NCBI GenBank assembly: GCA_049570475.1
Contig: CP186953.1
Location: 1,312,001 to 1,376,000, forward strand
Reading direction: 5' to 3'
Origin: Candidatus Methanosuratincola verstraetei
GTDB taxonomy: Archaea > Thermoproteota > Methanomethylicia > Methanomethylicales > Methanomethylicaceae
Length of the DNA: 64,000 nucleotides
A program made the translations under genes and the position numbers. The notes below the pieces were generated by a model that saw only the letters and a list, made by a program, of their open reading frames with translations, was not told where the DNA came from and made no database searches. This document shows, in pieces, positions 1 to 8,914 of the stretch. How positions within the stretch are numbered: position 1 is the stretch's first letter; each line of letters begins with the position of its first letter.

Positions 1-416
1 TACCCTCCCTCGATAGCCCTCTTCCTCCCCTGCTCGTCGACTATGACGAGCCTCTTCTTCCTCTCAGCCCTGAGGAGCCCGCCGTCGAACCCGGATAGCC
101 CGACAGCGTTGATCCCAAACTGCTGGAAGACGCCGACAATCTTGGTGTTTATCATGCCAGCCATGACCATTGCATAGATCTCTGCGGTCTCCCTGTCGGT
201 GTACCTGCTCTTGAATCCCTCTGGCGAGACAACGAAGACCTGCTCCTTGCCCAGCCTCTTTGCGAACTCGGTGACTATGTCTCCCCCTCCATGGACGACT
301 ACTAGCCCGCCTTGCTTGGCCAGCGAGCAGAGATCCTCGAGAAGGGGCTTGTTCAGCTCCTCGCCTTTTATCAGGTCCCCTCCGATCTTCACTGCGACCT
401 TGCTGCTGGGGCTCAT
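1..416 (-). CDS. lysZ: [LysW]-aminoadipate/[LysW]-glutamate kinase (N-terminal part; runs off window start)
   Basis: Read manually from ATG at 416, which overlaps the lysY stop (ATGA): MSPSSKVAVKIGGD...VVVHGGG...SRYTD...MVMAG; amino-acid kinase family motifs. Confidence 0.9.
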   Translation of the reverse strand, partial: MSPSSKVAVKIGGDLIKGEELNKPLLEDLCSLAKQGGLVVVHGGGDIVTEFAKRLGKEQVFVVSPEGFKSRYTDRETAEIYAMVMAGMINTKIVGVFQQFGINAVGLSGFDGGLLRAERKKRLVIVDEQGRKRAIEGG

Positions 417-1465
417 ATTGGCCTCACCCCTGCTTGGTCGATGCCGGTCCGCTCGTCTATGCCTATCATGATGTTGAAGTTCTGGATCGCCTGCCCTGCC
501 GCACCCTTGATCAGGTTGTCGATAGCCCCGAAGGTTATCATCCTGTTGGTGTGGGGGTCGATCTCGAAGCCAACATCGCAGAAGTTCGATCCCACCACAT
601 TCTTGGGGTCCGGCAGCATGTGCAGACCGCGCAGGTCCTTGACTATCCTCACGAAGGGCTCGTTCTGGTACATCTCCCTGTATATCTTCCAGAGCTCCTG
701 GTTAGTGACCTGCCTGGTTAGGAAAGAGTGCCCTGTCGCCATAATTCCCCTTACCATGTCCACTGCATGCGGGGTGAGGGCCACCTTCACCTCGCCGCCC
801 GCCAAGGGAGCCAGCTCCTGCTCAATCTCTGCCGTATGCCTGTGCATCGATGGCTTGTAGGCTCTCACCAATCCCGAGTGCTCAGGGTGGTGGCTTGCGA
901 TGCTCACGGAGGTCCCTGCACCTGAGGAGCCTATCTTGGCATCCACGACCACCCTGTTCTTCTCCACCGCCCCGGTCTTTATCGCCGGCGCGACGCTCAG
1001 TATGCTGGCAGTCGCTATGCACCCTGGGTTTGCGACCAGCTTAGCCCCCTTGATCTCCTCGCGGTGGAATTCTGGAAGGCCGTAGACAGCAAGGTCGAGG
1101 AGATCAGGGAACGGGTGCTCCCAGCCGTACCACTTTGGATAGTCTTCCTTCTTCAGCCTGAAGTCTGCGCTGAGGTCGATCACCCTCACGCCAGCCTCGA
1201 GCAGCCTCTTAGCCGCTGGGGCAGATGAGCCGTGTGGCAATGCAAGGAACACGAACTCGCACTCGGATGCGACCTTTTCAAGATCCGGCTCCACGAATTT
1301 CAAGTCAGTCTTCTTCCTGAGCTGGGGGTGCACCCTGAAGACAGGTTCGCCCGCATTCTCCCTCGATGTCGCGATCTTTATCTCGGCCTCCGGATGGTCG
1401 ACGAGCAGCCTGAGCAGCTCCCCTCCGGTGTAGCCTGAAGCCCCAACTATTCCTACCGTTCTCAT
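413..1465 (-). CDS. lysY: [LysW]-aminoadipate/glutamate phosphate reductase (ArgC/LysY family)
   Basis: GASGYTGGEL Rossmann motif, ANPGC catalytic Cys, DNLIKGAAGQA; lies between lysX and lysZ. Confidence 0.93.
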   Translation of the reverse strand: MRTVGIVGASGYTGGELLRLLVDHPEAEIKIATSRENAGEPVFRVHPQLRKKTDLKFVEPDLEKVASECEFVFLALPHGSSAPAAKRLLEAGVRVIDLSADFRLKKEDYPKWYGWEHPFPDLLDLAVYGLPEFHREEIKGAKLVANPGCIATASILSVAPAIKTGAVEKNRVVVDAKIGSSGAGTSVSIASHHPEHSGLVRAYKPSMHRHTAEIEQELAPLAGGEVKVALTPHAVDMVRGIMATGHSFLTRQVTNQELWKIYREMYQNEPFVRIVKDLRGLHMLPDPKNVVGSNFCDVGFEIDPHTNRMITFGAIDNLIKGAAGQAIQNFNIMIGIDERTGIDQAGVRPI

Positions 1466-2316
1466 CTCTTAGCCTCCCTAAGTGCGTAATCCACAATCAT
1501 TCCGGGTATGTCGATACCTGTAGCCGGGACAGTGTTCTTAAACTCGACGGTGCTGTTTATCTCGTGCACGACTAGCCTCCCGTTGTCTTCCATCATGTCG
1601 ACGCCGAATACGCCTCCACCAACTGCCGCTGCGGCCTTGAGCGCGAGCTCCCTTATTTCCGGGGTGATCGGGCAGTTCTCGACCTTCCCGCCCCGGGCTG
1701 TGTTTGTCCTCCAGTCGTCCGTGTTGTTCACCCTGTATATCGCAACAGGGACGTCATCTCCTATCACAAAGACCCTGAGATCCCTTGGCGGCCTCTTCAC
1801 CATCTCTTGCGCATAGTATATCTGGTACAGGGGGAACATCATCTCCCGGTGTTCCAGCGCAACCATCGCCGCAGTCTTGTCCTTCAGGAGGGAGACCAGC
1901 CTCCCCCAGCTCCCCACGACCGGCTTTAGGATCGCGGGGTAGCCGAGCCTGTCAAGCGCCTCGATTGTGGCATCCGGAGTGAACGCCAAGTATGTCCTAG
2001 GAGTCGGTATCCCAGCCTTCTTGAAAGTGATGGTGTTAAGCACCTTGTTGCCGCAGAGCTCAGCGGTCTGGTACCTGTTTATCACCCTGACGCCGTAGCT
2101 CTCAAGGGCCGCAGTCGCGTGGAGCCCGCGGAAGTGGCTGACGCACCTCTGGAGAACGACGTCTCCAAGCCATGATGGCCTGTCCTTTGATGTGAGGTCG
2201 AAGTAGACCTTCTCAGCGCTTACTAGGCTGAAGTCTACCCCTTTCTTAACGCAAGCTTCGTGGAGCGCCTTTTCTTCCCAGCGCATGTGGTCGTATAGTA
2301 TGTTGATCTTAGCCAT
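1462..2316 (-). CDS. lysX: LysW-amino acid ligase LysX/ArgX (RimK-family ATP-grasp)
   Basis: KPVVGSWGR, WRTNTARGG and VHEIN..EFKN motifs. Confidence 0.92.
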   Translation of the reverse strand: MAKINILYDHMRWEEKALHEACVKKGVDFSLVSAEKVYFDLTSKDRPSWLGDVVLQRCVSHFRGLHATAALESYGVRVINRYQTAELCGNKVLNTITFKKAGIPTPRTYLAFTPDATIEALDRLGYPAILKPVVGSWGRLVSLLKDKTAAMVALEHREMMFPLYQIYYAQEMVKRPPRDLRVFVIGDDVPVAIYRVNNTDDWRTNTARGGKVENCPITPEIRELALKAAAAVGGGVFGVDMMEDNGRLVVHEINSTVEFKNTVPATGIDIPGMIVDYALREAKR

Positions 2317-2340
2317 CTCTATCGTAACCTCAGACGAGTA

Positions 2341-2423
2341 GATTCGAAAGGCGAAGTTATTTAAGCATTTCGATAATCTTTTTCCGTGAAGAAATTTCGT
2401 TTTTAGAACTTAATGATTCGAAA
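2341..2423 (-). promoter_or_regulatory. lysXYZ promoter with candidate LysM/Lrp binding sites
   Basis: Minus-strand TATA-like CTTAAATA at ~2358-2365; GATTCGAAA direct repeats at 2341-2349 and 2415-2423; semi-palindromic GTTCTAAAAACGAAA (minus strand, 2395-2409). Confidence 0.5.
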
Positions 2424-2424
2424 A

Positions 2425-2847
2425 TCAAACCCATGATCGGAGTACTATCATCGAGTTTGTCTTCGTCAGCCCTTCTATCTTCCTTACCTCATCTATGTTC
2501 TTGTTGACCTCCTGCATTGAGGCTCCAGATATGAGTGCAACTATGTCTACCTCGCCAGCAACCTCCAGGACAAGGTCTACCCCTTCGATCTTCTTGATCT
2601 GCTGCGCCACGAGGGGATTTGGTCTAGAAGGCTGGACTGATACCAGTATTATCGCCTTGACCTTCTCGCCAGCCTCAACCTCTACTGTGAATCTCTTTAT
2701 CACGCCTTCTTGCTGGAGCCTCTCCACCCTCTTCCTGACGGCCGCCTCAGAGAGGCCCACCTCCTCTGCGATCTTCGTGAATGCCAGCCTGGAGTTCTCC
2801 TTCAGGAGGGCAAGTATCTTCTTGTCAACTTCGTCCGTCTGGTACAT
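2425..2847 (-). CDS. lysM: Lrp/AsnC-family regulator, LysM-like
   Basis: N-terminal Lrp HTH (DKKIL..LKENSR..IAEEVGLSEAAVRKRV) plus RAM domain; directly upstream of lysXYZ. Confidence 0.8.
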   Translation of the reverse strand: MYQTDEVDKKILALLKENSRLAFTKIAEEVGLSEAAVRKRVERLQQEGVIKRFTVEVEAGEKVKAIILVSVQPSRPNPLVAQQIKKIEGVDLVLEVAGEVDIVALISGASMQEVNKNIDEVRKIEGLTKTNSMIVLRSWV

Positions 2848-3036
2848 CGTTTCCCCTTCCTTCTATCCCATTTTTGTTCCCATCGCTTGTCTTCGGGCTT
2901 GGGATGTCTTCAATATGTGCATCTCCAAATATCTCTTTTTTGATAAGGGATCCAGAGATGGATGGCGTTAATGAAACGGCAAAAAACAAATATACTTAAG
3001 ACAATAGATTCATCGGGCTACGCTGCCTGATTCTGT

Positions 3037-4515
3037 TTGGAGATGGACCTTTTGGAATACCCTAACGCGAGCGGCACAGCCGCCCACACTTGGAGCAGGA
3101 CCTCCACAATCGAGATCAGTATTGATCCTGCCCAGCTCGATCCCGTGGTCTCTTACGTAATGGGGATTCTGGAGCGGAATCCCTACCTGAGCCAGCTTAC
3201 AAAGTCGCCTGAGCCGAACGGCGTGCTGCTGCAGTACAGGCTCATTGCAAATGACGGGAGCATCCTTGACGTTGCTGCCAGGTTCACCCCTGAGAGGATA
3301 TGCTTGTTCTATGCCCCTTACCCGCCCGGCTCCGTTACCGAAAAGGATCTCCTCGGCCTTGACATGGAGTTCGAGACGATAGTGCGCAACTACTTCCAGG
3401 AACAGAGCAGTTCCTCCCTCTATCTCGTCTTCTCCCCTAAGATGAACATACTCCCAGGCGCAAAGGAAAGGGGCATCAAGAAAATACTCGCGTCTGTAGT
3501 CTTCGGGAATATGCTCTACCTGTTCATGATAATTCTCCTGTTTGGCATTGTGCTCTACCAGTTCTTTCTGGAGTACACTCCTCTCCTGCTGGTTGCAATG
3601 CAGTTCATTATAGTCTTCTTTGCAAACAGCCTGATTGCCGCCAGGGGGGAATTCGAGATCACCCCTGAGAACCACTCGATCCACATTGCAGAGCTCCGGA
3701 TGAAGCGGACGGAGTTCGACCAGGTGATGAAGATCTGCCTCCCAAGAATCTCTGAAATCAAGAAGAAGATTTATGATTCAACACTGGCAGTCGGAATGCC
3801 CCTCGACGAAAATGTCGTGGTCAGGGCGCTCAACGAATACGGCACTGTCTGTACCCCCCAGTTCGTCAGGATAAAGACCGTTAACGTCTACAATATGATC
3901 AGGGATCTCTCACGCCGCTTCGGGTTCCAAGAGCCCCGAACCACACTGCTGAATGTCCTGCCTCCCAATGCTGCCGCCACTGGAGTCTCGCCGAGGCGAG
4001 CCACCGTGCTCATAACAACAGGGCTAATAGCCACGATGGAGGAGCCTGAGATCAGGGCCGTTCTGGCTCACGAATTCAGCCACATCAAGGCAAGGGACCC
4101 CCTGGTGCTCCTCACCTTGGCGACGATTGAATACTTGACCCGCGTCTACCTGATGTGGCCCCTCCTGCTCCAATTCGGCCTCATAATCGACTTGGCATAT
4201 CTCTTCCTTTCATTCACACTGCTTTTCTTCGTGGCAAAGTTCTTGGAGGCCCGGGCCGATCTAGATGCTGCTGTTATTACCGGAGACCCGCGCCTCCTCG
4301 CCTCCTCGCTTAGGAAGCTGGGTCTCTGGAAGTACCAGTCGAGGGTTTTCGAGCTTGTGAATGCTGGGGAATGGTTGAAGTGGGATCCCCACCCGCCTCT
4401 GTACTACCGCATTAGGACACTCGAGTCTTTGGATCCTTCACGCGTGAGGCACACCTTCATCGAGGCAATCAAAGGGTGCCTCAAAGGATTCGTAAACTCG
4501 CTGAGGGGCAGGTGA
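3037..4515 (+). CDS. M48/HtpX-family membrane Zn metalloprotease with long N-terminal extension
   Basis: PNAAATG, HEFSH zinc motif, EARAD, HPPLYYRI; several TM segments. Confidence 0.85.
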   Translation: MEMDLLEYPNASGTAAHTWSRTSTIEISIDPAQLDPVVSYVMGILERNPYLSQLTKSPEPNGVLLQYRLIANDGSILDVAARFTPERICLFYAPYPPGSVTEKDLLGLDMEFETIVRNYFQEQSSSSLYLVFSPKMNILPGAKERGIKKILASVVFGNMLYLFMIILLFGIVLYQFFLEYTPLLLVAMQFIIVFFANSLIAARGEFEITPENHSIHIAELRMKRTEFDQVMKICLPRISEIKKKIYDSTLAVGMPLDENVVVRALNEYGTVCTPQFVRIKTVNVYNMIRDLSRRFGFQEPRTTLLNVLPPNAAATGVSPRRATVLITTGLIATMEEPEIRAVLAHEFSHIKARDPLVLLTLATIEYLTRVYLMWPLLLQFGLIIDLAYLFLSFTLLFFVAKFLEARADLDAAVITGDPRLLASSLRKLGLWKYQSRVFELVNAGEWLKWDPHPPLYYRIRTLESLDPSRVRHTFIEAIKGCLKGFVNSLRGR

Positions 4516-4547
4516 ACATAAGCGGCGTAGGGCGGGGCTGCCCTATG

Positions 4548-4889
4548 CTATCTTTCTAAAACTCTAGCTTTCCTTTTCAAAGAGATGTATGCCGTGGCGG
4601 AAACGATAAGGCCCATAGACACCACCACGATAGGGCCGAGTAAAGGCGCAGCGGGAGAATCAGGTATCGCCTCGGATATCCTGTCGTTATAAGCCCTTGC
4701 GTAATTCTCAGTGACATTGATTTCAGACCCGTTCTTTGGCTGCGATGTTTGCAGATCCAAAGAACCATGCCCGCTCATGGGTCCGTTGTTGACAACACTA
4801 AGGGCAAACAGCGGCGCATAAACTACGGCAAACCCTAGCAATACCGCTGCGATCACAATTGGGGTCGTCCTCAAACCAAACACTACCAC
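4548..4889 (-). CDS. small membrane protein (two hydrophobic helices), unknown function
   Basis: ORF with N- and C-terminal hydrophobic stretches and a basic tail; co-oriented with the upstream HTH gene; start uncertain. Confidence 0.55.
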   Translation of the reverse strand: MVVFGLRTTPIVIAAVLLGFAVVYAPLFALSVVNNGPMSGHGSLDLQTSQPKNGSEINVTENYARAYNDRISEAIPDSPAAPLLGPIVVVSMGLIVSATAYISLKRKARVLER

Positions 4890-4942
4890 TAAATTCCCAC
4901 CCCGGTGATTTAATTCTATTTTTTAGAACAATGGTGGCATAT

Positions 4943-5383
4943 TTAGAACGGCTTCCTCCTCATAACTCTCAGCGTCTCGACCCAGAAGATTATGGCGGCA
5001 GTCAGTCCGAACACCAGCGCAATGACGGTTTGCGGATCTGGCCTCAATGGGTACACAACAAGGAACGTGATGAGCATTGTAGTGAAAAGGACCGAATAGA
5101 AGAAGAATCTCGGGAGCATCATCCCGAGCACGTTCACAAAATCCGAGACCACCTCGACGTCTACGTTCTTCTTGGGCGCATAAGTGCCATCCTCAGTCTT
5201 TTCGACCAGGCCAAGGCTCCTTAACTTCTCTATATGATAGGCAGCGACGCTTGGGCTGCTGAGCCCGAGCTCCCTCATTATGTCCCTCGGGCCTGCGCCA
5301 TCCTCACCGTGTTTAAGGAGAGCCCAATAGACCCGCAATGTAGTGCCCTTAAGTTCGGACCTGACCTTCTCCTTGTCGTCCAT
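4943..5383 (-). CDS. winged-helix DNA-binding protein with two C-terminal TM helices
   Basis: GPRDIMRELGLSSPSVAAYHIEKLRSLGLV wHTH followed by two hydrophobic segments. Confidence 0.8.
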   Translation of the reverse strand: MDDKEKVRSELKGTTLRVYWALLKHGEDGAGPRDIMRELGLSSPSVAAYHIEKLRSLGLVEKTEDGTYAPKKNVDVEVVSDFVNVLGMMLPRFFFYSVLFTTMLITFLVVYPLRPDPQTVIALVFGLTAAIIFWVETLRVMRRKPF

Positions 5384-5549
5384 GCCTGAAAATAGGGAAA
5401 CCGATTTAATATGGGTTATGCAAACTGCTTTTTCGTTTGGCTTGCTTTATAAAAATATATGTTGAAGAGTAATGTAAAATCAAAGTTTTACAGTAAAAAT
5501 TTTTAAATAATGAGAAAAAGTATTAGAATATCATGCGTGGAAGGGACAA

Positions 5550-6068
5550 ATGAGTGGAAATGGTGTGCCTCGTAAAGCGAAGGTTAAAAAAGGCAATCCC
5601 AAAGAAATAAGCGAAACGAGCTCGTCCTCGCCGAAAACCTCTGCCGCATCAAGCTCAGCCCCTAAACTAAAGCGCCCGTCTCTGGAGATACGTTTGGCTG
5701 CAATGATCTGCCTGATAGCTGGGTGTGGCGGGATCGCCTCCTCGGCCGCTGTCGTCCTGATGTATATCAGCGGAAAAATCGGGGCAGTCCCTTTATTGAA
5801 TCGCATTGTTGAACAGTTTGCAGGCAAAGCTACCATATTCGGTATCGGGATAATCGGCATGAGCCTAGTCCTTGTAATCGCAGGGTACATGTTATTGAGG
5901 CGGTCCGTGGTCGGTGGGGCGCTTGCCATGTCTGCCTCGACCATCCTCATGGTGCTCCCTGCGCTTTCTCTGTGGGTCTCAGTCGCGATTGAGCCTTTCG
6001 TGGCAGGCATGGTTGCAGGAGCTGTGCTGATATGCCTAGTCGCTTCGGGCTGGGAAGTCCTTTCCTAG
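5550..6068 (+). CDS. hypothetical membrane protein (~4 TM)
   Basis: Basic/Ser-rich N-terminus followed by four hydrophobic segments. Confidence 0.65.
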   Translation: MSGNGVPRKAKVKKGNPKEISETSSSSPKTSAASSSAPKLKRPSLEIRLAAMICLIAGCGGIASSAAVVLMYISGKIGAVPLLNRIVEQFAGKATIFGIGIIGMSLVLVIAGYMLLRRSVVGGALAMSASTILMVLPALSLWVSVAIEPFVAGMVAGAVLICLVASGWEVLS

Positions 6069-6132
6069 GCGATCAAAAATGCCTTGCCCGCGCAGTTCCA
6101 ATAGTGAAATAAGCAGCTTCATTTAGATCTGT

Positions 6133-7251
6133 TTGGATATGCCTAGGACAGGGACCGCTCAACTACCTCTGCACGGCGGCTGGGCCCCGCATTGGTTGGT
6201 AAGTAGGATGAAGTCCCTTGCGCGGGGCATTGTGCTGATTATGGTGGATGAGTTCGGAAAGGACGAGTTGCTAAGGAGGCTCTCCGATCCATTCTGGTTC
6301 CAGTCGCTTGGTTGCGTGCTAGGTTTTGACTGGCATTCTTCTGGTGTAACAACGGTCACCACGTCGGTTCTCAAGTCTGCCATTGTCCCTGAAGAGACTG
6401 GCATAGCGATTTGCGGAGGTAAAGGCAGGCACTCAAGGGAGACCTTGGATGAGATAAGCCTGCTTGGCGACAAATTTGGGCTCTCCACCGCCAAGATCGA
6501 AAGCCTAAAGCACGCAAGCAGGATGGGTGCAAAGGTCGACACTGCTGCCATACAGGCTGGATATGCGCTTTACCATCATTGCTTCGTCTTCACGGAGGAT
6601 GGAAAATGGATCATCGTCCAGCAGGGTCTAAACGCAGAAAAGAAAATGGCGAGGCGTTTCCATTGGGCATCTGAATCCATGGACAGTTTTGTTGTCGAGC
6701 CCCATAAGGCAATAGTCGGGATTGATGAGGGAACGGTTCTTAACATGGTTGCCAGGGAATCGGAGGGTTGCAGGGCTGCATCGGTGGATCTTGCGAGAGA
6801 GCCGCCTGGGAAGCTGAGGAACAGCATCGTTACGTTGAGGGACCCATTGCAGAAGACGCTCGGGGAGTGGACTGGGGAGCGGATGCTGATTATGCCCTGG
6901 AACATAAACTGGAAGGCAATGGAGCGTGCCTACAACTCCCAGCCAAAGAACTATGAGGAGCTGCTCGGCCTCGAGGGGATCGGCCCATCCACGGTAAAGG
7001 GACTGGCCCTGGTATCTGAGCTGATATACGGCGAGGCACCCAGCTGGAAGGACCCTGTGAAGTACTCCTTTGCATTTGGGGGCAAGGATGGGGTCCCATT
7101 CCCCGTCAGGCGCAAGGAGATGGATGAGGCAATCGAGATCCTCCGGCTTGCAGTCGAGTCTGCAAAGCTGGGTGAGAGGGAGCGGCAGGGCGCACTCAGG
7201 CGGCTCTCAGAACTTGAGAGAAGTGGCTTGCGCCCAGGTTCAGCCCCTTAA
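6133..7251 (+). CDS. DUF763-family protein
   Basis: LPLHGG.AP.WL, DPFWFQSLGCVLGFDWHSSG.TT and FAFGGKDGVPFPV motifs. Confidence 0.88.
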   Translation: MDMPRTGTAQLPLHGGWAPHWLVSRMKSLARGIVLIMVDEFGKDELLRRLSDPFWFQSLGCVLGFDWHSSGVTTVTTSVLKSAIVPEETGIAICGGKGRHSRETLDEISLLGDKFGLSTAKIESLKHASRMGAKVDTAAIQAGYALYHHCFVFTEDGKWIIVQQGLNAEKKMARRFHWASESMDSFVVEPHKAIVGIDEGTVLNMVARESEGCRAASVDLAREPPGKLRNSIVTLRDPLQKTLGEWTGERMLIMPWNINWKAMERAYNSQPKNYEELLGLEGIGPSTVKGLALVSELIYGEAPSWKDPVKYSFAFGGKDGVPFPVRRKEMDEAIEILRLAVESAKLGERERQGALRRLSELERSGLRPGSAP

Positions 7252-7506
7252 TTCATTGGCGCGATGATTGAAAGGGCTTTAGCCGATTATTGACAATGCT
7301 TAAATATCACTTTCGCAACTTTTTACCACGTCTGGAGGAGGAAAGGGTGCTTAACTTCCGGAGGGCTTGCGTTTATTGAGTCTCTGCTAGCGCACCCTGT
7401 AGCTGCCAGGCATTCTTTGGATTCGGAGGTATTGAGCACATGAAAGTGGGAAGAAGGGATAGTCTTTACATTCTCTAATGGTTTTTTCCAGCCAGAGATT
7501 GAGAGG

Positions 7507-8757
7507 ATGGGAAGAGAAGAGATAGAGAAACTGCAAAAAAAGAAACTGAAGGCAGCTGTGAAAAGGGCCGAAAGGATACCTTTCCTAAGGGAGCGGATGA
7601 GGGGAAAGCGCATAGGCGAGATCTCTGACCTCAGCGATGTTGCAAAGCTGCCGTTTACAACAAAGAAGGACCTTGTGGATGCCTTCCCCTATGGAGCCCT
7701 TGCGGTGCCGCTAGAACGGGTCGTCAGGATACACACTTCTTCAGGCAGCACCAACAAGCCAGTGACGACTTTCTACACGAAGAAGGATCTGGAAACATGG
7801 TCAGAGTTGATGGCAAGGGGCCTTGCATGTGCCGGCGCCCGGCGCGGCGACGTATTCCAGAACACAACCTCCCAAGGCTTCTTCACCGGGGGGCTAGGGC
7901 TGATCCAAGGGGCTGAGAAGCTGGGGCTGACTGTGGTCCCGCTCGGATCTGCAAACCCAGAGAAGCAGCTTGAGGTCATGGCTGACTTCGGGGTCACCGT
8001 ATTCCATGCAATACCTTCATTCGCCCTGAGGATGATCGAGATGCTCGAGGCGTCCAACGGCCTCAGGGATTCCCTGAAGATACGCATCGGCATCCTTGGT
8101 GCAGAGCCCTGGACGAAAGAGATGCGGAATAAGATCGAGGGGTCCCTCAACATAGGTGCCTTCAACAACTACGGACTTGCCGAGGTCGGGGGACCAGGGG
8201 TCGCTATCGAGTGCCCGTTCAAATCAGGTCTCCACGTCTGGGAGGACCGGTTCCTCATCGAAGTGATTGACCCGAGCACAGGTGAGCCCCTTGAGAAAGA
8301 GGAGGAGGGCGAGCTCGTGATCACCCCTCTGGACAGGGAAGCCATGCCAATCCTCCGTTACAGGACTGGGGATCTAACCCGCATAATAGACGGGATCTGC
8401 GAATGCGGGAGGACACACCGGAGGATAGAGTGGATGCGGGGCAGGATAGACGACATGGTGAAGATCAGGGGCATAGGCATTTACCCGTCCACAATCGAAA
8501 AGATAATCGCCTCCCACCCCGAGTCAAACGGGAACTTCCAGATCTTGCTCAGCGGTGTCGACGACATAACCGTAAAGCTGGAGGTTAAGAACGGTATCAT
8601 TTCGGACCAGGCAGCCGTAAACAGGTTGAGGTCTTTGATCTTCGAGGAGATTAAGGATGCAACTCTGCTGCGCTCGAATGTAGAGATCTGCCCGCCCGGA
8701 TCCATACCCAGGAGCGAAGGGAAGGCGAAACGGGTAATTGACATGAGGAGGCTCTGA
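7507..8757 (+). CDS. paaK: phenylacetate-CoA ligase family (true start may lie further upstream)
   Basis: LPFTTKKDL, HTSSGST, GAEPW, YGLAEVGGPG, RYRTGD and GKAKRVID motifs. Confidence 0.85.
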   Translation: MGREEIEKLQKKKLKAAVKRAERIPFLRERMRGKRIGEISDLSDVAKLPFTTKKDLVDAFPYGALAVPLERVVRIHTSSGSTNKPVTTFYTKKDLETWSELMARGLACAGARRGDVFQNTTSQGFFTGGLGLIQGAEKLGLTVVPLGSANPEKQLEVMADFGVTVFHAIPSFALRMIEMLEASNGLRDSLKIRIGILGAEPWTKEMRNKIEGSLNIGAFNNYGLAEVGGPGVAIECPFKSGLHVWEDRFLIEVIDPSTGEPLEKEEEGELVITPLDREAMPILRYRTGDLTRIIDGICECGRTHRRIEWMRGRIDDMVKIRGIGIYPSTIEKIIASHPESNGNFQILLSGVDDITVKLEVKNGIISDQAAVNRLRSLIFEEIKDATLLRSNVEICPPGSIPRSEGKAKRVIDMRRL

Positions 8758-8758
8758 A

Positions 8759-8914
8759 ATGATCGAGATGTTGGGATTGGTATCCCAGTACTCCAACCTG
8801 AGCCCGATAGGGATCGACTGGTGGATTATTCTTGGCGGGTGGGTCCCTGGCTTCTTGGGGCTTGCGCTGGCGTTCGTGATATGGGCAAGATCAAGGAGGG
8901 ATGCCGATGAGTGA
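8759..8914 (+). CDS. 51-aa single-TM protein, probable solute-symporter accessory subunit
   Basis: Not in ORF track; MIEMLGLVSQYSNLSPIGIDWWIILGGWVPGFLGLALAFVIWARSRRDADE fills the gap between paaK and the symporter and overlaps the symporter start. Confidence 0.7.
   Translation: MIEMLGLVSQYSNLSPIGIDWWIILGGWVPGFLGLALAFVIWARSRRDADE

Noticed and set aside
3010-3684. Long antisense or alternate-frame ORFs in the track (e.g. 3010-3684, 30369-31178, 39626-40507, 43828-44526)
   Set aside because: They are shadows of well-supported genes on the other strand and carry no family motifs.
7347-7478. Selenocysteine/TGA readthrough peptide in the paaK leader (GTG 7347, TGA 7377)
   Set aside because: No recognisable selenoprotein motif or SECIS element; the open frame after TGA can arise by chance.
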